This document shows, piece after piece, positions 9,071 to 17,550 of a DNA stretch of 64,000 nucleotides. The translations under genes and the position numbers were made by a program. The notes under the pieces were generated by a model. It searched no databases. It had not been told where the DNA came from and saw only the letters and a list, made by a program, of their open reading frames with translations. Location: assembly GCA_963793265.1 (NCBI GenBank), contig CAWBZI010000001.1:256001-320000 (forward strand), in the 5' to 3' direction. The stretch's first letter is position 1. Each line of letters begins with the position of its first letter. The DNA is from an uncultured cyanobacterium. GTDB taxonomy: Bacteria > Cyanobacteriota > Cyanobacteriia > Phormidesmidales > Phormidesmidaceae.

Positions 9071-9328
9071 AGGGCGCGCTGCTAGTTCGACCTTTTTCCA
9101 AATCTGACTTTTGGTCTGACTTTTGGAAGCGTGATACTTAAGATATCCAGGCGATATCAAAAGTTCTTGATGCGATAATGCCCATTTCTACAAGAAGATC
9201 ACGTCGAAGCAGCAGCAATTTTAAGTTTATATTGACGATTTTTGCGCAAAAACCGTCATATACCTTTGCAAACTCGGGCATCCTTCAAAAGTTCTTGATG
9301 TAAATCAACCTCCAAACGCTGATTTTCC

Positions 9329-10618
9329 ATGACCTTTGACCTGTACGATAGCGACGCACTACCAGCCTTCACGCCTAGAATTGCCTATATTTCGTTTGAT
9401 GTGGTGCCATCTCACAAGGGCGCAGCCGTCCATATTGAGTCATTTGTGCGATCGCTCGCCAACCATTACGGCACCGTCGAACTGGTAACCGTCGCCGCAA
9501 ATTCCACCGCTAGCCCAGCCGTCAACTGGCCAGGCGTTACGCATACTGTGCTGCCCGCTATTGGCAAAACCCTGATAGATAGGGTGATGTGCTTTCGCAG
9601 ACACCTGCGGACTTGGCTACAGGGACAGTGGTTTGATGTGATTCAGGTGCGCTCTATTTTTGAAGGCATGGTGGCGCGTGAGTTTTGTGAGTCGCTGATT
9701 TTTGAAGTGAACGGACTGCCGTCTATTGAGCTGAAGTATCGCTATCCTAAGGTTGCTGAGGATGTAGAGCTGATGCATAAGCTGAAGAGCCAGGAGCAGG
9801 CTTGCTTAGAAGCTGCCGATAAGATTGTGACGCCTAGCCATGTGACCAAAGCCTATCTAGCTGGGCATGGTGTTTGCGATCGCCAAATTCAGGTAATTCC
9901 CAATGGCGTTGACCTATTACTATTCACTGGCCCGGCACCGGCTAAGCCTGGAGTGATTGATACGCTAGAAGTGCTTTACTTTGGTACGCTGTCGACCTGG
10001 CAAGGGGTTGAGCTGGCAATAGAAGCGATCGCCCTCTACCGCCGCGACTTTAACGCGCAGCTAAAAATCGTCGGCCCAGCGCGAGGCAAGCAAGCCAGTC
10101 GCCTACAAAAGCTGGCTCACAAATTGGGAATCGCATCCTCCGTCCAGATTTTTGATGCCTGCTCTCAAGCCGAGCTAGCTGTCTTTATGCATCAGACAGA
10201 CGTAATCGTCGCACCGCTAAAAGCAAACGACCGCAATCTAGTGCAGGGATGCTGCCCCTTGAAAGTGTTAGAAGGTATGGCCTCAGGAACGCCTGTGATC
10301 ACCAGCGATCTCCCGGTCGTCACAGATCTTGGGGAGTCCGAAAAGCACTTTTTGGCCGTTCGCCCCGGTTCGGCTAAGGCTATTAAGGATGCGATGCTGA
10401 GGCTGAGAGTAGATGAAGGGTTGAGGAAGCGGCTGGCGGTGGCGGGGCGATCGCACGTTGAAACGCACTACACCTGGCACCAGGCCCACCGTGACCTAGC
10501 TAGCGTTTACAACCAGCTAAGTTCGCTGAAAACATCCCAAATCCAGACTCAGCGACTTCGGCAGCAGCAGCTCAGCGCGTCTTCCCTCAGACAAATCGGA
10601 CAGATAGCTCAACGATAG
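9329..10618 (+). CDS. Glycosyltransferase family 4
   Basis: VIPNGVD, YFGTLSTWQG, PLKVLEGMASGTPVITSD. Confidence 0.92.
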   Translation: MTFDLYDSDALPAFTPRIAYISFDVVPSHKGAAVHIESFVRSLANHYGTVELVTVAANSTASPAVNWPGVTHTVLPAIGKTLIDRVMCFRRHLRTWLQGQWFDVIQVRSIFEGMVAREFCESLIFEVNGLPSIELKYRYPKVAEDVELMHKLKSQEQACLEAADKIVTPSHVTKAYLAGHGVCDRQIQVIPNGVDLLLFTGPAPAKPGVIDTLEVLYFGTLSTWQGVELAIEAIALYRRDFNAQLKIVGPARGKQASRLQKLAHKLGIASSVQIFDACSQAELAVFMHQTDVIVAPLKANDRNLVQGCCPLKVLEGMASGTPVITSDLPVVTDLGESEKHFLAVRPGSAKAIKDAMLRLRVDEGLRKRLAVAGRSHVETHYTWHQAHRDLASVYNQLSSLKTSQIQTQRLRQQQLSASSLRQIGQIAQR

Positions 10619-10981
10619 ATCTATAGGCTCAGGCGGTAAGTGCGTTAGCCGCTCTGACCATTCAATCGCCACAATGCCCAGATCTACCTCTAAGCCGTCC
10701 CAATAGGTTTCTAGAAACAGCGCGTCGGCTTCTGCCGCCGACAGCCGGTATAGATCGATATGGTATAGCGGTAGCCGACCCTGGGTGTATTCATTAATGA
10801 GCGTAAACGTAGGGCTATCGATTTCAGCCACGCCCAAGCCTTGACCAATCCCTTGTACCAGCGTCGTTTTACCACTGCCCAAGTTGCCTTTAAGTAGCAA
10901 AACGCTGCCTGCCGGTAGCTGCTCGCCCAAAGCCTGACCCAATAGCTGAGTTGCCTGCGCATTTGGTAAGTTAATGACCAT
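10517..10981 (-). CDS. tsaE: tRNA threonylcarbamoyladenosine biosynthesis ATPase
   Basis: GNLGSGKTT, SPTFTLINEY, HIDLYRL, IEW motifs. Confidence 0.95.
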   Translation of the reverse strand: MVINLPNAQATQLLGQALGEQLPAGSVLLLKGNLGSGKTTLVQGIGQGLGVAEIDSPTFTLINEYTQGRLPLYHIDLYRLSAAEADALFLETYWDGLEVDLGIVAIEWSERLTHLPPEPIDLSLSYLSDLSEGRRAELLLPKSLSLDLGCFQRT

Positions 10982-11076
10982 AAGCCAGCACACTCCCGGT
11001 ATCGTACGTCTCAACACTGTATAAACTGTATACGCCTTCTGCTATTCTCTGCCCTGCTCCGAATCAATATTCAGCC

Positions 11077-11745
11077 ATGATCATTACGGTTGCTAGCTTC
11101 AAAGGCGGCGTCGGCAAAACGACAACTGCTATTCACCTTGCAGCCTTCTTGCAGGGGCAGGGCGAAACGCTGCTGGTAGATGCTGATCCTAACCGCTCGG
11201 CACTAGGCTGGGCCAGTCGAGGCGAGCTGCCTTTTGCGGTGATGGACGAGTGGGAAGCTGGGCAAAACGTAAGGCCCAATAGCAACGTAGTCATTGACAC
11301 CCAGGCGCGGCCTACGCCTGAAGACCTCTCAGCGCTAGCAAAAACCTGCGACCTATTGGTGCTGCCAACGACGCCAGACATTTTAGCCCTAGACGCGCTC
11401 GTGCTCACAGTTGAATATCTCAAAAAAATTAGCACAGAGCACTATCGCATATTAATTACGGCTGTTCCACCAAAGCCAAGCAAAGCAGGTGAAGAGGTGA
11501 AGGCGCTTTTGCAGGAGGCTCATCTACCGGTGTTTGAACAAGGGGTTCGGCGGCTGGCGGCGTTTCAGAAGGCCGCGCTGCAAGGGCTGCCGGTGTATTC
11601 GGTGAAAGATCCTAGAGCTGAAGCAGGGTGGCAAGATTATGAGCGGGTGGGTCAGGAAATTTTGGATCTTATGGAATCACGGGCGCTGGACATCGAGCCA
11701 AAAGAGATGCTGATTGAGGGGCCAGAGGAAAGAGATTTCTTTTAG
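11077..11745 (+). CDS. Short ParA-family ATPase (no adjacent parB)
   Basis: KGGVGKTT deviant Walker A, VDADP, VIDT. Confidence 0.9.
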   Translation: MIITVASFKGGVGKTTTAIHLAAFLQGQGETLLVDADPNRSALGWASRGELPFAVMDEWEAGQNVRPNSNVVIDTQARPTPEDLSALAKTCDLLVLPTTPDILALDALVLTVEYLKKISTEHYRILITAVPPKPSKAGEEVKALLQEAHLPVFEQGVRRLAAFQKAALQGLPVYSVKDPRAEAGWQDYERVGQEILDLMESRALDIEPKEMLIEGPEERDFF

Positions 11746-11763
11746 GGGCTAACGGTTGCAAGC

Positions 11764-11803
11764 AAAAATGCCGAGCCACAGATCGCTTGTGACTCGGCAT
11801 TTT
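11764..11803. terminator. Bidirectional intrinsic terminator between parA-like gene and HU
   Basis: AAAAATGCCGAG..CACA-loop-TGTG..CTCGGCATTTT inverted repeat with A/T tails, between convergent genes. Confidence 0.8.
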
Positions 11804-11883
11804 ACCCGGTTTCTGTAGAATCTATGCCAATTTTGATTCGGCGAAATTCGTTTAGAGAGAGGGGTTTGAGGTTAAAGATGGCG

Positions 11884-12162
11884 TTACTTTCCGGCAACAA
11901 GCTGCTTAAAGCCTTTACCTGCAGAGAAAGCAGGAACTGTAGTCGCAGGAATTTTGATCGTTTCGCCGGTTTGGGGGTTGCGGCCATCGCGGGCTTTGCG
12001 ATCGCGTGGCTCAAAGCTACCAAACCCAATTAGAGATACCTTATCTCCGTTAGCAACAGACTCCATAATTGACTCAATCGCAGCCGTCACTACCGCATCA
12101 GCGTCTTTTTTAGAAACCTCTGCTTTTTCTGCAACAACATCAATTAGCTCAGCTTTATTCAT
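11884..12162 (-). CDS. hup: Histone-like DNA-binding protein HU
   Basis: MNKAELID...GFGSFEPRDRKARDGRNPQTGE...PAFSAGK. Confidence 0.97.
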   Translation of the reverse strand: MNKAELIDVVAEKAEVSKKDADAVVTAAIESIMESVANGDKVSLIGFGSFEPRDRKARDGRNPQTGETIKIPATTVPAFSAGKGFKQLVAGK

Positions 12163-12445
12163 AAGGAGAAACACGAAAGAACATCGATGTAGTTGTAGCA
12201 CATGACTTATTAGGTCACAAGTACTATTTCGCTTATTTTCGGGTGTCTCGGGATGAATAATGTTGATTTTTGGGGCTTTTTAGTCAAGCAGCAGCAGCCT
12301 TTGCATGGGCTGAAGCCACTGATACAGGGGCTTCGTAGCGATTTACTGCCAGTTCTGGCGTGTTGGGAACGTACCGTTTTGCTAAGCGCAGGAATAAACG
12401 TAAAATGCTTAACGAGATATAACAAAACGGTGAGAAAAGTCGCTG

Positions 12446-12802
12446 TCAGCCTGAGTTAGACCCTGTGGGGTCTGGCCCCTCCGTTTGCGAGGAGGACTGC
12501 AAATACCAGCTTGCATAAGGCGTGTTTTTGACCAAATGACGGTTGTAATCAGGCGCGCCATCTTCCCACCAAACCGGCCCTCGCTCGCCTAAGGCTATCT
12601 TTGCCGTGTTGACCTGAGTGCGCGCCCTACGTAAGGCGTCATCATCGTTGTGCTTTTTAGCCTGCTTTACCTGTCTGCGAGCGTCCATTAGCTGATTGAC
12701 TAGCTGCTGCTTAGCCTCTGCCTTCAGGCTGGGATCGGTAGCCCGCCAGAGGCGATCTTTTACAACAAAGTAGCGGCCGTCTGGCGTGGTGGGATAGGTC
12801 AT
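12446..12802 (-). CDS. Conserved hypothetical protein
   Basis: TPDGRYFVV..RLWR..DP...AK.ALGERGPVWW.DGAPDYNR...TPYA.W pattern of a widespread uncharacterised family (recalled, not searched). Confidence 0.75.
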   Translation of the reverse strand: MTYPTTPDGRYFVVKDRLWRATDPSLKAEAKQQLVNQLMDARRQVKQAKKHNDDDALRRARTQVNTAKIALGERGPVWWEDGAPDYNRHLVKNTPYASWYLQSSSQTEGPDPTGSNSG

Positions 12803-12814
12803 GCGAACGAAGAA

Positions 12815-13030
12815 CTATTCTCCTTCTTTAGGTGCGCGGATGACAGATTCAAATTCTATCTTTCGGTGGGTGCCATTACAAAAGGGTTGTGTCGTTGATG
12901 CACCGCAGCGGCAGAGTGCGACAGCTTCTTTGTCAATTGTAAAGTCATTGCCTTCTGCATCGGTAAGCGTAAAAGGGCCTTTAACGAGAAAAGGGCCGCT
13001 GTCTTTAATTGTGATTTGGGTGTCAGCCAT
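12815..13030 (-). CDS. CDGSH-type iron-sulfur protein
   Basis: GPFLVKG...ALCRCGAS..PFCNGTH. Confidence 0.9.
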   Translation of the reverse strand: MADTQITIKDSGPFLVKGPFTLTDAEGNDFTIDKEAVALCRCGASTTQPFCNGTHRKIEFESVIRAPKEGE

Positions 13031-13307
13031 GATGAAAAGTCCTCTCAAGTGATTGCTCAGTAGCTAGGCCATTACTGGGCTAGCTACCGAAAAGTAGCTT
13101 ACAGGCAAACGGGATCTCTAGTCCGTTACGCTTACAACTGTATCGCTGAAATATATATCTACTGATAAAAGAAATTCTTTCTCGTGAAGGAAGAAACGGA
13201 AGGAGCGATCGCGATAGCTTTATAACAACAGAGCAAAGCTGGTGAGATCCTGCTTCATCAAGAAGGCAGTCACCAGTGGTTAGCTCAGCGAGTCAACCAA
13301 GAGAAGT

Positions 13308-13661
13308 ATGAATATTAAATCCGTAAAAGAAGCTGACCTGACGGTGAGCACACAAGAAGCAGACACTGGCAACATGGGCCAAAAGCTGTTGATAAGTGGC
13401 GACAACATTGCCTTGCGTATGTGGAACGAACAGCCTGGCGATGCTGAAAACAAGAGTGCAACGGCTCGCAATTATGAAACGGCTGGCTATGTGATTGAAG
13501 GCAAAGCCGAACTCACGCTGGACGGCAAAACTATTACGTTAGAGCCGGGTGTTTCGTGGATAGTGCCACAAGGCGTTGATCACGCTTACAAAATTTTGGA
13601 ACCTTTCCGCGCTGTAGAAGCCACTCACCCGCCAGCAAGAGGCTATAAAACAGGGCAGTAA
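13308..13661 (+). CDS. Cupin-domain protein
   Basis: YETAGYVIEGKAEL...LEPGVSWIVP.G..H.Y.ILEPF.AVEAT.PPA. Confidence 0.88.
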   Translation: MNIKSVKEADLTVSTQEADTGNMGQKLLISGDNIALRMWNEQPGDAENKSATARNYETAGYVIEGKAELTLDGKTITLEPGVSWIVPQGVDHAYKILEPFRAVEATHPPARGYKTGQ

Positions 13662-13723
13662 AGCTCAATAATTCGCCCGTTCATGTCTACATTGCAACAC
13701 TATCTCCACACTGAGGAACTTTT

Positions 13724-14908
13724 ATGCCATTACTCTCAAAAGCAGAGCTGCGATCGCTCACCGAAAACCAATCATCCCTTTGTATCTCTATTTACCTGCC
13801 CACCCACGAAGCCGGTAACGAGATTCAGCAAGATCATATTCGTTTGAAGAACCGGCTTTCTGAGGCAGAAAGTCAACTGAGCGAGAAAGGTTTGAACGAC
13901 AAAGAGATTCAAGACCTGCTCAAGCCCGCTGCTGACCTGGTAGATAACGGTAACTTTTGGCGGCATCAAAGCAGTGGCCTAGCGCTGTTTATCACTGCCG
14001 ATCTGTTCCGCAGCTATCGAGTGCCGCTGAGCTTTGAAGAACTAACAATTGTGGGCGAGCAGTTTTATACCAAGCCGCTGCTGCCGCTAATTGCTAATAA
14101 CGGCCAGTTCTATGTGCTAGCAGCAAGTCAGAATCAGGTGACGCTGTATCAGGCGACGCGCGATCGCGTTCAGAAGATAAATTTGGGTGATACGCCTGAA
14201 AGCCTCGACGTAGCTCTACGTTTGGACGATCCAGAAGAGTCTCTTCAAAGCCACTCTAGCGGTGGTGCTGGCAACTTTAGCAACGGTTCGGCTATCTTTA
14301 ACGGCCAGGGCGGCGGCAAAGACAGTGAGAACTCAGACATTCTAAGGTTCTTCCACTTAGTATCTGATGGTGTGGAAGATGTGATTAGTGGGCAAACGGC
14401 ACCGCTTGTATTTATGGGCGTGGAGTTTTTGTTTCCACTGTATAAGCAGGCGAACAAGTATCCACATTTGATGGACAAAGCCGTTGACTATCAGCCTGAT
14501 CAGCTAAGCCCAGAAGAAATTCGCGATCGCGCCCTTAAAATAGTTGAGCCCCAGTTTAACGCCGACCGCAAAGCAGCCGCCGATGAGTACGGCAGCTTGC
14601 AGGACAAAGACCAGGCAAGCGCTGATCTTGAAATTATTCTCAACGCAGCCTTTAACGGTCAAATTGATACCTTGTTTATCTCTAAGAATAGTCAGCAGTG
14701 GGGCATCTTTGACATAGAAAGCCGCAAACTGACTTATCAAGATGAACAGACAGAGAGTTCTGAAGAACTGTTGAACCTCGCGGCGATTCAAGCTTTAGCA
14801 ACTGACGCGGAGGTGTATGTAGTAGAACAAAGCGAGATGCCAATAGAAGGCGCTGCTGCTGCGACGATGCGGTATCCGATCGTTAGCCCTGAGCTAGTGA
14901 GTGCGTAA
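13724..14908 (+). CDS. Bacterial archaeo-eukaryotic release factor (baeRF3/baeRF7-like) family protein
   Basis: CISIYLPTH..G...QD.IRLKN.L, FW.....GLALF, PLVFMG, AA..GQIDTLFI, C-terminal AATMRY. Confidence 0.78.
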   Translation: MPLLSKAELRSLTENQSSLCISIYLPTHEAGNEIQQDHIRLKNRLSEAESQLSEKGLNDKEIQDLLKPAADLVDNGNFWRHQSSGLALFITADLFRSYRVPLSFEELTIVGEQFYTKPLLPLIANNGQFYVLAASQNQVTLYQATRDRVQKINLGDTPESLDVALRLDDPEESLQSHSSGGAGNFSNGSAIFNGQGGGKDSENSDILRFFHLVSDGVEDVISGQTAPLVFMGVEFLFPLYKQANKYPHLMDKAVDYQPDQLSPEEIRDRALKIVEPQFNADRKAAADEYGSLQDKDQASADLEIILNAAFNGQIDTLFISKNSQQWGIFDIESRKLTYQDEQTESSEELLNLAAIQALATDAEVYVVEQSEMPIEGAAAATMRYPIVSPELVSA

Positions 14909-14925
14909 TTGTTGACTTAAACTCC

Positions 14926-14966
14926 AGGCTCTTGTTCGACGTATTTATTTGATCGAACAAGAGCCT
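14926..14966. terminator. Bidirectional terminator hairpin
   Basis: Perfect 14-bp inverted repeat AGGCTCTTGTTCGA / TCGAACAAGAGCCT between convergent genes. Confidence 0.8.
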
Positions 14967-15005
14967 AATTAAGCGCTTCAAATCACCAGACGATTGAAGC
15001 GTAGA

Positions 15006-15881
15006 TTAGACAAACACGTCAGAACTCAGGTTTGTCGTGTCAACGCCTGTTAGTGTCAGCAAAACTTCTGAGGTGCTAGCTAAAAGAATATCGTTACCGA
15101 AGAAAGCGAGATCGCTATAGCTAATACTTCCGAATATCTGGATAGAGTCGCCAGAGAGTAAGTCAGTACTAAAGTCGGTAATGGTGTCAGCACCACCAGT
15201 AGTGCCAGCCTCAAGGGCAAAAGTATCCGACCCCGAGCCTCCGGTTAGCGTATCCTTGCCATTGCCGCCAAGGAGAAAGTCATCGCCTTCAGATCCAAAT
15301 AGAACATCGTCGCCATCGCCGCCCAGAAGCTCGTCATTGCCACTTTCACCAATCAGGCGGTCATCACCGCCATCACCAAGGATTGTGTCATTGCCGCTAC
15401 CGCCTGCGAGGATGTCACTATCATTGCCACCTGATAGGAAGTCATCGCCATTGCCGCCTAGCAAAAGGTCATTACCGTCGCCGCCGTAAAGGCCATCGTT
15501 ACCGTCATCACCGTTGAGTCGATCGTTACCGGCTGCGCCAAATAAAGCGTCGCTACCGCTGCCGCCGAAGAGAAGATCGTCACCGCCTTCTCCAATCAGG
15601 CGATCGCTGCCATTGCCACCAATGAGCGTATCTTGACCCCTGCCGCCTGCGAGCACGTCGTTGCCTTCGCCACCCTTTAAATTGTCGTTACCGTTGCCGC
15701 CGAGTAAGGTGTCGTCGCCACCGTTGCCAATCAGCGTGTCGTTACCGTTGTTGCCGTAAATAGTGTCAGCACCCTCACCGCCTTCTATCACATCATCGCC
15801 AGCGCTGCCTTGAATGGGCGTCACGATATCGGCAAGTAGATCGTTAGACGGGATGATTTCAGGAATAGTTGAAGTATCCAT
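15006..15881 (-). CDS. RTX/hemolysin-type calcium-binding repeat protein
   Basis: About 20 GGxGxDxLx nonapeptides followed by DTITDF and a short C-terminal domain. Confidence 0.93.
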   Translation of the reverse strand: MDTSTIPEIIPSNDLLADIVTPIQGSAGDDVIEGGEGADTIYGNNGNDTLIGNGGDDTLLGGNGNDNLKGGEGNDVLAGGRGQDTLIGGNGSDRLIGEGGDDLLFGGSGSDALFGAAGNDRLNGDDGNDGLYGGDGNDLLLGGNGDDFLSGGNDSDILAGGSGNDTILGDGGDDRLIGESGNDELLGGDGDDVLFGSEGDDFLLGGNGKDTLTGGSGSDTFALEAGTTGGADTITDFSTDLLSGDSIQIFGSISYSDLAFFGNDILLASTSEVLLTLTGVDTTNLSSDVFV

Positions 15882-16387
15882 ATTTAGATTGTTATTGTTT
15901 TAAGCGTTCAAATGGCTTAAGCGTGTTTAGCTACAAGAGCAGACAAGTTTTTTATTTTAGAAACGAATAATAGTTTCTAATAAGGACACCGCTTCTTTAG
16001 CAGAACGCCTGAAAGAAGGCATTCCGTACTAAAAGCAACTTTATCGCCCTGCATTTAAGCTGAAATGAAAGTCAGCAAAATACAGCGCCTCGTAGTCAAA
16101 ACGGTTAAAACACAGTCGTAGCAGCTAACTTTACTCAAGAGATGCTATAGATAAGTTCAACATTAGATAGACAATAATACTGAATTTATCAGATATTCCT
16201 GATACATAGGCACGATTAAACCACTGAGTTCACCGGCTCTTTGGATACACGCAATCATTCAGGCACTATCTTTATACGAAGGTAAAGCTTAAGAGAAGTC
16301 GCTTCTACAACAACCTTCTCTTAAGCCTTTTACTATGCATTTTTACTAACGCAGGCGCTACACTCGAATCTTAGCCCTACGGATATC

Positions 16388-17194
16388 TTGCTTTTGCCAG
16401 CCGACCTGTTTACGATTCATCGCCCTAATCACGCTGCCCTGCCGGTTGTGGCGAATTTGCCGCACAGTGGGCTCAAGCTACCAGATGCGATCGCTCAACA
16501 ATTCACCTTTGAGCATCGAAACACCCTGCCTAACTCCGACTGGCATCTACAGCAGCTCTACAGCTTTTTGCCGAGTTTGGGCATCACCGTCATGCAGGCA
16601 AACTATAGCCGCTATGTCGTCGACTTGAATCGGGCGCTCAAGCCACCTTTATTTGGCTCGTTTTGGTCAGCAGCAGTTCCTGAGCAAACGGCGTTCAAAA
16701 AACCTATCTATCAGGCGAGCAAACCCACCAAATTAGAGGTCAGAGCGCGCATTGATGAGTTCTACAGTCCCTATCATCAGCAGCTCACAGCCTTGTTAAA
16801 TGAGGCAGTTGCCCGGCACGGCAAAGTCTATCTACTAGATCTTCATAGCTTTATGGGATTGATCACCGATGACGTATGCCTGGGCAATGCCAACGGCAAA
16901 ACCTGCGCTGAAAGCCTAATTGACCAGGCCGCTGAGAGCTTTACGCAGCAGGGCTATCAAACTGTTAAGAATAAGGTTTTTACGGGCGGCTACATTACAC
17001 GCCACTATGGCGAGCAGCCTCAGGTAGACGCACTGCAAGTTGAGATTCGCTATCCCATTTATCTGCCAGACGATCAGCTAGAAGCAGAACAGATTTTGCA
17101 TATTCCTCATTGGCAGGGGCCAAAGTTTCTAGAAGCCCAAAATAAGCTTAAATCTGTGTTTGAAGCGATCGCGCAATCACTTCTACAGCCATAA
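16388..17194 (+). CDS. N-formylglutamate amidohydrolase family protein
   Basis: PHSG, DW, SRYVVDLNR, PYH, LLDLHSF, GGYITRHYG, ALQVEI. Confidence 0.9.
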   Translation: MLLPADLFTIHRPNHAALPVVANLPHSGLKLPDAIAQQFTFEHRNTLPNSDWHLQQLYSFLPSLGITVMQANYSRYVVDLNRALKPPLFGSFWSAAVPEQTAFKKPIYQASKPTKLEVRARIDEFYSPYHQQLTALLNEAVARHGKVYLLDLHSFMGLITDDVCLGNANGKTCAESLIDQAAESFTQQGYQTVKNKVFTGGYITRHYGEQPQVDALQVEIRYPIYLPDDQLEAEQILHIPHWQGPKFLEAQNKLKSVFEAIAQSLLQP

Positions 17195-17327
17195 CTTCAT
17201 CTGTTTAGGTTAAGAATCACTGCAAATCTTACAAATATATGCTGCAAGCAAAAAGGTAAAGCCTTATCGCGGCAGCTTTATAGCAACTTTACATAGGACA
17301 TAATTGCTTCATATCTTTTTTATGTAA

Positions 17328-17370
17328 GTAGCTGAGGTTACGTAGTATTACTTAATCAACGGTGTACTGT
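17328..17370 (+). promoter_or_regulatory. Candidate NtcA site (GTA-N8-TAC) with a -10-like TACTGT 23 nt downstream
   Basis: GTAGCTGAGGTTAC at 17328-17341 and TACTGT at 17365-17370, upstream of the EPS operon. The motif is short and may be chance. Confidence 0.35.
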
Positions 17371-17550
17371 TTTGAATAATTATTACATCTAATTGATGTA
17401 AGGTTGTCTATCGGAAATTCAGCAACGGAACCATAACGTTTTATTGCCATCTTTAGATTTAGTCATAAGCGCTATGTCGTGGGCGCACTCAGAGCTGCTG
17501 GTAGTGGCTTTTCTCAATAGTTACGAGCGGGTTTTGCTCAAAGATTTGCC

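Noticed and set aside
15006..15881. RTX toxin
   Set aside because: Contains only Ca-binding repeats and a short tail, with no toxin domain, acyltransferase or T1SS genes nearby.
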